From a virus: DNA of 64,000 nucleotides. The DNA lies in IMG/VR virus record IMGVR_UViG_3300032236_001100, positions 20,756 to 84,755 of that record. One strand, written 5' to 3'. This document shows, piece after piece, positions 18,736 through 28,559 of this stretch. The position numbers were made by a program, and so were the translations under genes. The notes under the pieces are model-generated. The model was not told the origin of the DNA, ran no database searches, and worked only from the letters and a program-made list of their open reading frames with translations. Within the stretch, counting starts at the first letter, position 1, and each line of letters begins with the position of its first letter.

Positions 18736-19241
18736 AGCTGATCGTAGGAATTGACCCTGGTATCTCAGGGGGTGTTGCCATCATGGATACTGAAGGCAAT
18801 GCCAAGTCGTGGTATCCCATGCCCGTGACCAATGGCAAGAAGAACACGATTGACCCGGTGGGCCTGAGCGGCCTGCTCATGTACAAAGACGATGTCTTGA
18901 TTGCCGACATCATTAAGCTGTGCGTGATCGAGGATGTTCATGCCATGCCCAAGCAGGGCGTCTCATCCATGTTTTCGTTTGGCAGGTCACTGGGCATCAT
19001 CCAGGGGGTGGTCGCTACGCTGGGCATTCCCTACCAGTTTGTCACGCCCCAGAAGTGGAAGAAAACCGTACTGGACGGGTTCCCCAACAAAGACAAGAAC
19101 GATGCTGCCACGTTCTGTAACCGGCGATGGCCCTATGCTGACTTCCGTGCTTCCACGCGAAGCAAGAAGCCACACGAAGGCATTGTCGAAGCCATGTGCA
19201 TGGCCGAATACGGCAGGAGGGTGCTATGCCCGAACGTGTGA
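18732..19241 (+). CDS. RuvC-like Holliday junction resolvase
   Basis: VGIDPG, VIEDVHAMPKQGVSSMFSFG, VTPQKWKK, EGIVEA. Confidence 0.88.
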   Translation: MKLIVGIDPGISGGVAIMDTEGNAKSWYPMPVTNGKKNTIDPVGLSGLLMYKDDVLIADIIKLCVIEDVHAMPKQGVSSMFSFGRSLGIIQGVVATLGIPYQFVTPQKWKKTVLDGFPNKDKNDAATFCNRRWPYADFRASTRSKKPHEGIVEAMCMAEYGRRVLCPNV

Positions 19242-19480
19242 GCGCGAGAGCCATCTACGACCTGTTGATCGAACACAAGCGACCAGGCGATGGTTTGCCC
19301 GATCCACTTGATGCCACGCTTCTGGCGAACGCCAAGCGTCTTTATGACGCTGTCGTCAAGTTCGAGAAAGTGGCAGGCAAGTACAGGGATAGCTCGGAAG
19401 TTCTGGATAACCTTGACTGCTGGGGCGAAGTGACAGAAGCAATCGAGAGGATCGACGGGAGTATCTATGACAACAATTGA
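19226..19480 (+). CDS. Hypothetical protein
   Basis: GGAGG RBS before MPERV. Confidence 0.55.
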   Translation: MPERVSARAIYDLLIEHKRPGDGLPDPLDATLLANAKRLYDAVVKFEKVAGKYRDSSEVLDNLDCWGEVTEAIERIDGSIYDNN

Positions 19481-19967
19481 CGACAAAGCCTGGATAGCAG
19501 AGTGCGAGGAGCAGAACTACAAGCTGGCGTTGATCGAAGTCGAGATGGCTCTTTCATCATTGATCAATGCTTGGGGTAGCCGCAAACCGATCAAGCCCCA
19601 TCTGGATCAGGGCAAGTATGCCCTCAAAGAGCTTCAACGATTGCGGATCGACGGATACTACTCAATTGTTTGCCGTGAGGCACCAAGCAAACTGGAGCCT
19701 GCCAGGGAAGCAATCAGTGAGCAGATCTCGCTCACGGCAACCGAGAAGAAGGAAGACAATCACTCGGTCCTACATTACGATCTGGAAAATTCCACCGTAA
19801 CGATCAGCACGGAGGAACACGAATACCTGCCAAGATTGCTGGCTGTCTACGTGCCGCCATTCCATCCACCCAGTGACGGTGGATTGATCAAGGTGGTTGC
19901 CCACCTTTACAGCGTCGTCAACGGAATGGCGTTCTACTCGCTTGAAATCGACCGCAGCGATTCTTGA
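19467..19967 (+). CDS. Hypothetical protein
   Basis: 166 aa, GGAG RBS. Confidence 0.6.
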   Translation: MTTIDDKAWIAECEEQNYKLALIEVEMALSSLINAWGSRKPIKPHLDQGKYALKELQRLRIDGYYSIVCREAPSKLEPAREAISEQISLTATEKKEDNHSVLHYDLENSTVTISTEEHEYLPRLLAVYVPPFHPPSDGGLIKVVAHLYSVVNGMAFYSLEIDRSDS

Positions 19968-19974
19968 TCCCACG

Positions 19975-20015
19975 AAAAAACCCGCCTGACCATTTGGCCG
20001 GGCGGGTTCTATTTT
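19975..20015. terminator. Bidirectional terminator between convergent operons
   Basis: A6-CCCGCC...GGCGGG-TTCTATTTT. Confidence 0.8.
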
Positions 20016-20024
20016 ATGTTGGTT

Positions 20025-20040
20025 GTCTCCGCGCGGAGAC
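20025..20040. repeat. 16-bp palindrome, copy 2
   Basis: Exact; overlaps the last base of the sigma-2 TAG stop. Confidence 0.95.
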
Positions 20041-20711
20041 TAATCTTCGAGGATCGCCTTGAGTTCGTCTTTGGCCAGATGATAGAGAACCCTGGCCCAG
20101 CTGCCCGTCACGCCAAACTCGGCTCCAATGTCCGAGAACAGCATCGGGTTGCCATCGTCCCAACCGTGCCGCATCTTGATGATCTCGCGGCTCACGATGG
20201 GTAGCATGTCAAGCATATCGGTCAGATATTCGCGTTCATCCAGATTGTCGATCTGGTGGAAGTCGCCATCGTCCTGCAATCCTTCGCAATGCTCCACCCA
20301 TGTCTCAATCTGGCTCACATCCGTGGCACCCACAGCTTCCAGAGCAAACGCAGCGATCCTCTGGTCATGATACGTGTCTGACTTCACATCGCCAGGCAGT
20401 GGCACAATCAGCATGCCTCGCAGCTTGCGGATCATCCTGCGCAGGATCGACCGCTTGGCATACACATAGAATATCGTGCCTGATGCCAGGTCAAAGTGAC
20501 GTGATGCCAGCAAGAGAGCAATCGAGCCTTCCTGAACCATGTCAGGGGCCAGCGATTGCCGCCTGGGTTTCGACCAGCCGTGCATCACCTGTTTCGCGCA
20601 ATGCTTGATCAGAGGGATATTGATACGAATAAGTTCGTCTGTCGCCTCAGTATCGCCCTGCTGGACGAGAGTGACGAGACGCCGGTTAATGACATCATCT
20701 ATTTCACACAC
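20040..20711 (-). CDS. Sigma-70 family RNA polymerase sigma factor (2)
   Basis: DMVQEGSIALLLASRHFDLASGTIFYVYAKRSI; region 4 FSDIGAEFGVTGSWARVL. Confidence 0.85.
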   Translation of the reverse strand: MCEIDDVINRRLVTLVQQGDTEATDELIRINIPLIKHCAKQVMHGWSKPRRQSLAPDMVQEGSIALLLASRHFDLASGTIFYVYAKRSILRRMIRKLRGMLIVPLPGDVKSDTYHDQRIAAFALEAVGATDVSQIETWVEHCEGLQDDGDFHQIDNLDEREYLTDMLDMLPIVSREIIKMRHGWDDGNPMLFSDIGAEFGVTGSWARVLYHLAKDELKAILED

Positions 20712-21894
20712 TGGCTTTTCCTGGCTTTAAGTTGAGATCCTTGAGGATTCCTGTGGCTTCGAGTGCTGCAATCAGTTTGTCCCCGGTGTTTGACCATGAG
20801 AAACGTCTAGCCTGCTCTGCCGACTTTGGTGCCATCTCTGCAATCAGTTCTCGGTTGCGATGGGAAAACTGAAACTTGTTGACCATGTCCTCGTAAACCG
20901 GGACCATCCAGTCGCCTTTTGCCTCGTAAGTATCACGAGCGGTATCCCAGTCGTAATCCACAGGCACGCATGTACCGGGCGCATAATAGTCAGCCATTGC
21001 CGTACCAAGGCAGGTGATCGGCGGTCGGCCTAACGCCATGAACTGGTGAATGTGCAGGCCCCAGCCCTCGCCACGCGAGCAGAACGCTCCTACGGTCGCC
21101 TGACGGCACCAGTCCACTAGCTCCTCGGTAGACATCGTGTGATCGTAGATCTTGATCCGGCGATCTCGTGGGAGCCTGGATAAGTACGTCGCACAGTCGG
21201 TGAAGCACTTGATACGGAACTCGACTGGCTCATCGCCTTTGGGGAACGCCTCGCAGAACGCCCTGGCCATGTCCACCGTATTCTTGCGGATGCCGCCATG
21301 CGAGTGCCGTGCTGCCGTGGCAAAGATCGTCGGGCCGTCTACCGGAGGTGGTCCCAGGTATTGCCATTCGGTGGGATCAATTCCCAAAGGCACCACATAG
21401 ATCGGCTTCGTCACGCCTTGTTGCTGGAAGCAGTGCCTGTTGAACGTGCAAGGCACAATCACAGACTCAGACTGATTGAACACGCCCACGGCATGATCAG
21501 CCATGTGGGTAGACTCCCACATGGTGAAGAAGATCGACTTCTTGGTTTCACGTAGGGGCGTGGACGGCACCGATAGCAGCAGTTCCCAGCGGTCCACCGG
21601 CAGCGAGACCAGCCGATCCCTGATGAACGGCTGGACTGGAGCAAACTCCTCGACCACTGAAATCGGATCATACGCGACCGGAATTCCTCGGGCTTCCAGC
21701 TCCATTCCCAGCCGCTCGGCCAGCTGGCCGTATCCCCCGTGAGCGTAGAGATGGCAGCGGATTACAATGCGCTGGTTCGGCGTCTGATAGCGAGAAACCA
21801 CGCCACCGACCGGCACCGGGTTATCTCGCCGGTCAGCACACTGGTTCAGGCTTTGCAGCCAGGCGATCCGATTGGGACTGGTATTCTGGGACAT
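20704..21894 (-). CDS. GT-B glycosyltransferase (GT4-like)
   Basis: TMWEST, VVPLGID, RKN, SRGEGWGL motifs. Confidence 0.85.
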   Translation of the reverse strand: MSQNTSPNRIAWLQSLNQCADRRDNPVPVGGVVSRYQTPNQRIVIRCHLYAHGGYGQLAERLGMELEARGIPVAYDPISVVEEFAPVQPFIRDRLVSLPVDRWELLLSVPSTPLRETKKSIFFTMWESTHMADHAVGVFNQSESVIVPCTFNRHCFQQQGVTKPIYVVPLGIDPTEWQYLGPPPVDGPTIFATAARHSHGGIRKNTVDMARAFCEAFPKGDEPVEFRIKCFTDCATYLSRLPRDRRIKIYDHTMSTEELVDWCRQATVGAFCSRGEGWGLHIHQFMALGRPPITCLGTAMADYYAPGTCVPVDYDWDTARDTYEAKGDWMVPVYEDMVNKFQFSHRNRELIAEMAPKSAEQARRFSWSNTGDKLIAALEATGILKDLNLKPGKASV

Positions 21895-21977
21895 GCAATC
21901 AACCTACGAAAACACCGAAAAGAATCCACCGTATTATTATAGCCAGAAAGTACACATGTATATCTAGTGATGCGAAG

Positions 21978-22535
21978 TCAATCCACGATGGGCAGGTCTG
22001 GGCAAACGTGGCAGTCGTGCCTGTAGACGATCACATGGTCTTTCTTGACGCACCGGGCAGCACCGCAGCATAGTTCCAGCCGCTTGGGGCAAGTCCGTAT
22101 TCGCCTGCCGATGGCATCGCCCATGCCCAGCACCGGCACCGGCGGTTCGATGATGCTTTCCACGGAAGGACACAGGACCGGCCTGCAAGCCATCCTGGCG
22201 ATCTCGTGAGCCAGGTCGATGTTTGACTCAACGTACAGCGGCAAGCCGCTCAGACGGTAAGCCTCGGCCTTCCAGCGAGCCATCTGCTCGAAGCCTGGGT
22301 ATTCGTCGGTGGGCCGCATGACCAGGCGGTAGACCACGAGTTCGTGTTTGGCGAACCAGTCCAGGGTGAGGTCGCGGTAGGAATCGCTTCGGCCCGTGAT
22401 CACCAACTGGATCGGGTGCGTGGGCACGTACAGGGGCCGGGCATTCGCCGGATCGAAGATCCCGCCAGTCGGGTCCTCGCAAAGAATGCCGTCGAGGTCG
22501 AAAGCGGCCTGTGCTGTGTCGTGCGCAAAGATCAT
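21978..22535 (-). CDS. HAD-family phosphatase with Cys-rich tail
   Basis: FDLDGIL, ITGRS, LVMRP, WK, YVES. Confidence 0.7.
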   Translation of the reverse strand: MIFAHDTAQAAFDLDGILCEDPTGGIFDPANARPLYVPTHPIQLVITGRSDSYRDLTLDWFAKHELVVYRLVMRPTDEYPGFEQMARWKAEAYRLSGLPLYVESNIDLAHEIARMACRPVLCPSVESIIEPPVPVLGMGDAIGRRIRTCPKRLELCCGAARCVKKDHVIVYRHDCHVCPDLPIVD

Positions 22536-25177
22536 TTGTAGAAGATCGTGTAGGTAACATCGTCGAAGCTGACGTAGGTATCGCTTGTGTCACCGCCAGC
22601 CGCTACGCCATTCAGGATCAGCTTGATGTTGGAGTTGGATGCCTGCATCCCGGTAGGGACCAGGGTGTTCGAGCAAACCACCTGTCGCCAGGTATTGGGA
22701 AAGGCTGGCTGGATCTGCTCGGACATCCGCATGGTGCCCACAGTATTACCATTGCTGTCGGCAAGAACGTGCGGTCCATAGGTACTGGAAACGACACCGC
22801 CCCGTCCGTTTTCTTTGAGGTTCAAGCCAATCGACTGGACTTGGGCACCAGCAGGCACCCCCAGGCTCTGCCATGTGCCTGAGTAAACGAACGAGAATGG
22901 AACATCGGCAGCATGCGTACTGCTGGCAAACCCAGACAGGCACCCGTTGGTGGCTCCATGCGAGCTATCCCAAATCGTGCCGATCGTACCATCGTAAGTG
23001 GGGTAGCCAGTCCAACCTTCGCTGTTGGACGTGAAAGTAAATTGCTTTTGCTTGATCGAGTAGTCACTTCGCTTGCCATGCGAAATCGAGACTGAGGTGA
23101 TACCGAGTATGGTCGATGCATCACCAGTGACAGCATAAGTATCGGTTTCGGTGGTCGAATTGTAAGTAGGAGAGGAAAGACCTACTTGTATTTTAGTGTT
23201 ATATCCACTGGCTGTCTGTCTTCCCAATATCGTTCCGCTGGGTAATGTGTTGCCATTAAGAGAGGCACACTGCGGATGATTTCCGATCATCCAGTAAAAT
23301 AAGTCCAGATGAGGTCCATAGTAACCTCCTGCATTCTTTGTTGAAGAACTAAAATTGTCGTAATAGTAGACAGGATAACCCTGGACAATCTCAAATCTGT
23401 CTTTTTCGACATTGTATGATGCACAATCCTGAAGAATAGTGCTTGTAAATAAACACCTCTCTGGAATCAATTCGGGCGGACCAGCTAGACCATAGTTACT
23501 GTTGCCAACCGCATGCATCGAAGCCAGGGAAGCCTTGTTTGATTGATTGTTGTCCGAAATTGAAACGGGGTCCATCAGGATCGGCAGCGTGTTCAATGTA
23601 GTCGTATCAAAGTTAGATGCCGTAATAGTAACACCAGAGACTCCAAGATCACTGGCAAGCGAGCCTGTAAATAAAAACTCATACGACTGTCCATAGCCAG
23701 TGCTTACATACGATGAAGCTGACTCCGTGACGATATCCTGGTCGCGTCCTGCGTAACTTCCCGTGTAATATCCGTTAAACTTATAGGCTGCAATCGTCAA
23801 CGTAGGTCGGTAGTTGTAATAGTCCATATTAAAGTAATACCAGTACACAATATTTGTCTGCGTGGAGTTCGTCTTGTATCCAGACGCAACAGTAAAATAA
23901 AGAGTCGTATGCGTTGCCTGCGTGTAAGCTAGATCGCTGTGCTTATGCAAAAGCGAGCCATCGGAAGGATAACCAACACTTGTGTCTTTGGTTAAACTAG
24001 GATCAAACGAAACGCAAGCGTTTACAAGATTATTGCCTATATTACTGTCAGAAATCTGAACGTAATTTCCAGGCCCATAAGCAAACTCATCAAGAGAAAC
24101 TGAGTACTTATAATAGTTGGAAAAATTATCCTGGCACCCAACGTCTTCCAGTGTCACATAGCTCAACCCAGTGACTGCCGGTAGGCCCGTGGCAGAAAAA
24201 TCGAATTTAACTTGAATTGGATTATTGGTCGCGGATGAGGTGGCCACATATTCTTTGAGGCCAGTGCCTGTCTCTGTCCCATAGGCAACAGGTCGCTCAA
24301 CCGAACTTCGCACTATGGTCGATACCGTCGCGGTCAATGTCGTGGATTCAATGTTGCTCTGGGTTGTTCCTGCCGTCCTGCTCATTCGCCACGAAATAGC
24401 ATATGTACCACTTACGGTTGCAGTTCCTGAGTACACTGTACCAGTGCGTAGCGACCATCCAGCCCCGGAGTAGTCTAACTGAGTCGCACCGCCATTGTTA
24501 TCCGAGACTTTAAGGGATCGCAACGCTCGTGGCCGAGAACGATACACTAGAGATGAGGCCAAAGGATAGCTGCTAAGATAAAATTGACTTGGCGTGTTCA
24601 CTGCCGAAAGTGGACTCAGTGTACCAGAAAAGTAAATCCGATAGGTCAGAGAAGACAAATAGTCATTAAAGACTGAGGTTTTGTCGCTCAGGATTTGAGC
24701 GTAATAGCCAGGAACCACAACAACACTGCTTGTCTGACTCGGGTCAATCACCCAGAAGCCATCGGCATTGCGTTTGAAATGATAGGACGCACCTGTAGAG
24801 ATATCGGCAGGATATCCATCACGGTCGATCCAGATGGGGTAAGGCACCTTGAATCCAACGTACCCACTGCGATCCGTTCTGCCGACAAACCGTGGGTGTT
24901 CACTTTCGTAGAAATTGATGCCCGATGGAATGCTAGTCACAGGCTGGAAACCAATACCAATAGCCACGTATTGATTTTCTAACGGCAAGCCGTTGCAACC
25001 AAACAGACGGATCAGGAAGTTGATGCTCTTGCCTTTGCCGTTCTGTTGGCCATTGGATGTCATCATGACATCCTGCGCGAACTGGCCAACCTTGTCAGCC
25101 AGACTGTTTGTGGATCGGGCAAGACGATCAGACCTCTGTTCCAGAAATCGCAAGCGTGCTTCGATCTCACTAATCAT
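22532..25177 (-). CDS. Tail fibre / receptor-binding protein
   Basis: 881 aa, S/T/Y-rich, N-terminal coiled coil, distal tail position. Confidence 0.6.
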   Translation of the reverse strand: MISEIEARLRFLEQRSDRLARSTNSLADKVGQFAQDVMMTSNGQQNGKGKSINFLIRLFGCNGLPLENQYVAIGIGFQPVTSIPSGINFYESEHPRFVGRTDRSGYVGFKVPYPIWIDRDGYPADISTGASYHFKRNADGFWVIDPSQTSSVVVVPGYYAQILSDKTSVFNDYLSSLTYRIYFSGTLSPLSAVNTPSQFYLSSYPLASSLVYRSRPRALRSLKVSDNNGGATQLDYSGAGWSLRTGTVYSGTATVSGTYAISWRMSRTAGTTQSNIESTTLTATVSTIVRSSVERPVAYGTETGTGLKEYVATSSATNNPIQVKFDFSATGLPAVTGLSYVTLEDVGCQDNFSNYYKYSVSLDEFAYGPGNYVQISDSNIGNNLVNACVSFDPSLTKDTSVGYPSDGSLLHKHSDLAYTQATHTTLYFTVASGYKTNSTQTNIVYWYYFNMDYYNYRPTLTIAAYKFNGYYTGSYAGRDQDIVTESASSYVSTGYGQSYEFLFTGSLASDLGVSGVTITASNFDTTTLNTLPILMDPVSISDNNQSNKASLASMHAVGNSNYGLAGPPELIPERCLFTSTILQDCASYNVEKDRFEIVQGYPVYYYDNFSSSTKNAGGYYGPHLDLFYWMIGNHPQCASLNGNTLPSGTILGRQTASGYNTKIQVGLSSPTYNSTTETDTYAVTGDASTILGITSVSISHGKRSDYSIKQKQFTFTSNSEGWTGYPTYDGTIGTIWDSSHGATNGCLSGFASSTHAADVPFSFVYSGTWQSLGVPAGAQVQSIGLNLKENGRGGVVSSTYGPHVLADSNGNTVGTMRMSEQIQPAFPNTWRQVVCSNTLVPTGMQASNSNIKLILNGVAAGGDTSDTYVSFDDVTYTIFYK

Positions 25178-25323
25178 GATGCGCTGCTCTGCTGGACCGA
25201 AGTTGTCATCTGAAGTTGTGTATTGGCATTCTCGTACTGCTCCGTGATCCTGCGGAGCAATGCTTCCAGGCGAGCCACTTTCTTTTCAAGGAACCGAAGA
25301 CGAGCTTCAATGTCGCCAACCAT
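25174..25323 (-). CDS. 49-aa coiled-coil peptide paralogous to the N-terminus of the downstream fibre
   Basis: Not in ORF track. MVGDIEARLRFLEKKVARLEALLRRITEQYENANTQLQMTTSVQQSSAS; GAGGA RBS; ATGA coupling to 25177. Confidence 0.7.
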   Translation of the reverse strand: MVGDIEARLRFLEKKVARLEALLRRITEQYENANTQLQMTTSVQQSSAS

Positions 25324-25333
25324 AATTATATCC

Positions 25334-28300
25334 TCAGTCGTCAATCAGGTTTGGGAACGCCCGCGAAACCCCTTGGGGCATGTCAGGGCCATCAAGCACA
25401 TAGTCTGGCTTGAGTGTCTTGTCGAAATATTTCTTGGGCTTCTTGGGAAGAGTGGAGTCCACAGGCTTCTGTGCTTCCTGTTCGTTCCTTGACAAAGGAC
25501 GTGGACCGGAAAGCACTCCTTCCAAGATAGATGTATCCTGGGGCGGTCCTTGTTCATTACCTGCAATCATCTTGCGTGCCGCCTTACGTCCCTTGTCGTT
25601 CCACTCACCGTCATCTGGCGACTCTTTTCTGGATCGCATCTTTTCAGCATAGCTTCGCTGGTCGTAAGGATCTCCTGTTGGAGAATCCGAGACGCGATTG
25701 GATGGTTCGGCTTGCTCATTCGACTTTCGGACTTGCAACTGCTGGGCATAGCTTCGCTGATCACGAGGGCCAACAAAGTTCGAGCTATCCTGAGACTTGC
25801 CGCCCGTTGGATACAGGGTTGGTTCCTGCGAAGCCTTTTTGTCAATCATTTTCTGGGCGTAGCTGCGTGTATCCTTGGGGCCAATAAAGTCCTTACCAGC
25901 CGGTGCCCCTTCGGGATTGGCGGCTTTCTGCCTTTGGGCCACAAAAGACTCTGCGGCGTTTGGACGTTTGGGTCCACCCTCAATCGGAGCTGGAGGTCCG
26001 ACAAACTGCGGGATAGACGGTGCCTTCAATGGAGGCGTTACCGCATATTCGCCATTAGGACCTTTGCCAATCCTTGGTGGACCTACGAATTCGCTACTAC
26101 CCTGTGGCTGGGACTGCGCTGCCTGCTGGGGATTTGCGGATGGCTGCCCCTGATTGCCACCAAGGCTTGCCAGGCCATTGACGGCTGTGCCTAGACCTGG
26201 GATTGCAGAAGCAGGGTTCGCAGCCTGAGCCTCGCCCAATCCAGCCAAGCCCTGAAGTGCCGTCCCTAGACCAGGGATAGCAGCAGCAGGATTAGCGGCT
26301 TCCAAAGGCTGGCCACGCTGCTGACCCCTCATGGGCAGGCCAGCAGCATCATTGGAAAAGATATCGTTGAGTATCCCGTTCTGTTCGGCTGTTGGGCCAT
26401 CAAACCCATTAGGCATCCCAAACCCGAAGCCTAGCCCGCCCGATGGGCCACCAAAATTCATTCCTTCCACGCCAAGCCCTTCAAACTCGCCGTCCATGCC
26501 GAGAGTTGATCCATAACCGTTGTTGGAAGAAAGGGCCTGCTCAATACTGGTGGCCGTGAGCCCAGCCTGGACAGCAGCAAACGCCGGGTGGACGTAGTAA
26601 CTTGTTCCTGTGGCTGGTTGCTTGACGTTATTAAAATCCATGATCGTCGTGAAGTTGTCGCTGTTTGGCGAGCTATTCCAAACGATTCGTGTAACGCGAA
26701 CTGGGCAATTGATTGCCGTCAGGCCAAGATCCTGCGATGCTCCCGCAAATTCATTGACCGAAAAGTTCAAGCCAAGCCTCGGCTGAATAGCCGGGGTATA
26801 AAGGCCCATGTATGTCACGGAGCCATTATACTTCACGTCTTTGTAGCACTCTTGCAGCATCTGGCAAACGGCCTGATACTGACTTGCCTGGCGTGGGTCA
26901 ACCCAGTTATCGTCATTAAATGTCAGCGTGCGAGCAATCCCGGTCGCCGTGTAGAACGTGCCAGAATAATTCTGTGTCCCAGACGTGTCAGCCGGGTACG
27001 AGGCCGTGAGCGAGCCCAGGCTATATGGCACCACCACACGCACGTCATACGGAGGCGTGACGTTCGATCCACCCTTGTTGAGATTGTCTTGTGTGTTGAA
27101 TGGCTTGACGGTCGGCTCGCGGAACCTGATGATGCCGTTGACCTTGTCTACTTCAAACAAGGCGGGTCCGCATGCCGTGTTGTATTCCGAGTAGCCGCCA
27201 GTTGAACCGTTCGTCCAAAAGATCAGCGATGCAGGATATTTGATCAGCTGCATCGTGGTCGCCACAGCCCACGGGATTGGCTGGGGAAACGAGTTCATCA
27301 GGTGCGAGGCTACGTAGCTGTTCGCAATCGAGTATTCCCGCCACACGTTGGCTGATGTGCCCTGCGTACCCACGATCTTGTAGCGATTGTAGCTGGAGCC
27401 GACGATTGGAATATCGCCGTTCCATGAGACCAATGCGCTACCACCTTTGCTTAATGCATTATTAGCATTCAGCCTGCGCGATTCAGCAAACGTGATTGAT
27501 CCCGATCCGCTTCCGCTGGAGTATTGCAGGTAGATCCAGGCTTTATTGGCGTTCCACTGATTGGCCGTCCATGATTCCTGGGTATTGTCAGACGTGCAAA
27601 CGCAATCGACTGTAGACAGGCTGGAAACCGAACCTACCGAGACCATGCCAGCCGGGTTGGCAAACTGGTCCCAGTTCCAGTTGTTCTGCTGGGTGGTTGT
27701 CCAGGTTGGGACCAAAGTCCCTTCCTTGACTGACAGGATTGCCGCCTCGGCCTTGGAGTATCCACGGTACTCCACGCGACCGTAACAATCAGAACTGTCT
27801 GGCTTGCACGTAAACTGAGCCGGGTCAATCGGGTCCACGCCAAACGCCAGCGTGGTTACACCATAGTTAAACGCATTCTCGAACCGCAGGTAATTCCGGC
27901 CCGTAGTCGTGTCATATTGCACGCGAATGCAGTATCGGCATTGCCACGAGCCCAGAACGCCCTGTAAAGCATCCAGTAAACGTGGCCCACCAATATTGAT
28001 GACATCGGGCGGCACGATGGTCATGGCATCCAGGTCGGCCTGGATGTATCCATAGATACCGGCAGCGTTCAGCTTCGACATGTGATTGTCAAGAACAATC
28101 TTGAACATCTGTCCAACTTGCAGGCCGGAAAACGATGGGTTGTAGTTTGGGTCGTCTGATCGCAAGTTAAACGTATAGTCTGGCGTATCATAACTGCTAA
28201 TCACAGGTATAAGGTTGGCCCAGTATTTCAGGCCCATCGCCGTGTAACTTATCGTCCACTGAACATCTTCTGAGTAGTCATAGCTGATATCGACAATCTT

Positions 28301-28507
28301 TCCAACAAAACATGGATTAGATGCCGAGTCCAGTTTGATGGTGACAGGCATACCAAAGGCATACGAACCAGGAGGGCAGATATGCGTCTCGCTGAACGTA
28401 AACGTATCGTTTTCATCGGTCGTGTATTCAAGCATGTTCGGCAGGAACGTGCTGTCGCCTGCCGAAAGATTGACTTGCTGGTTGTTGATGAAAATCGAAA
28501 ATCGCAT
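25334..28507 (-). CDS. Baseplate hub / tail-tip protein with long low-complexity C-terminus
   Basis: Immediately after tape measure; beta-rich first ~630 aa, then G/P/Q/K-rich repeats. Confidence 0.6.
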   Translation of the reverse strand: MRFSIFINNQQVNLSAGDSTFLPNMLEYTTDENDTFTFSETHICPPGSYAFGMPVTIKLDSASNPCFVGKIVDISYDYSEDVQWTISYTAMGLKYWANLIPVISSYDTPDYTFNLRSDDPNYNPSFSGLQVGQMFKIVLDNHMSKLNAAGIYGYIQADLDAMTIVPPDVINIGGPRLLDALQGVLGSWQCRYCIRVQYDTTTGRNYLRFENAFNYGVTTLAFGVDPIDPAQFTCKPDSSDCYGRVEYRGYSKAEAAILSVKEGTLVPTWTTTQQNNWNWDQFANPAGMVSVGSVSSLSTVDCVCTSDNTQESWTANQWNANKAWIYLQYSSGSGSGSITFAESRRLNANNALSKGGSALVSWNGDIPIVGSSYNRYKIVGTQGTSANVWREYSIANSYVASHLMNSFPQPIPWAVATTMQLIKYPASLIFWTNGSTGGYSEYNTACGPALFEVDKVNGIIRFREPTVKPFNTQDNLNKGGSNVTPPYDVRVVVPYSLGSLTASYPADTSGTQNYSGTFYTATGIARTLTFNDDNWVDPRQASQYQAVCQMLQECYKDVKYNGSVTYMGLYTPAIQPRLGLNFSVNEFAGASQDLGLTAINCPVRVTRIVWNSSPNSDNFTTIMDFNNVKQPATGTSYYVHPAFAAVQAGLTATSIEQALSSNNGYGSTLGMDGEFEGLGVEGMNFGGPSGGLGFGFGMPNGFDGPTAEQNGILNDIFSNDAAGLPMRGQQRGQPLEAANPAAAIPGLGTALQGLAGLGEAQAANPASAIPGLGTAVNGLASLGGNQGQPSANPQQAAQSQPQGSSEFVGPPRIGKGPNGEYAVTPPLKAPSIPQFVGPPAPIEGGPKRPNAAESFVAQRQKAANPEGAPAGKDFIGPKDTRSYAQKMIDKKASQEPTLYPTGGKSQDSSNFVGPRDQRSYAQQLQVRKSNEQAEPSNRVSDSPTGDPYDQRSYAEKMRSRKESPDDGEWNDKGRKAARKMIAGNEQGPPQDTSILEGVLSGPRPLSRNEQEAQKPVDSTLPKKPKKYFDKTLKPDYVLDGPDMPQGVSRAFPNLIDD

Positions 28508-28529
28508 GGTTTTCCTTTGGTATCAGTTT

Positions 28530-28557
28530 ATTATAGCAAGAATATACGCATGCGAAA
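28530..28557 (-). promoter_or_regulatory. Sigma70-like promoter
   Basis: Minus strand TTTCGC-N16-TATAAT with extended -10 TG. Confidence 0.5.
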
Positions 28558-28559
28558 CA

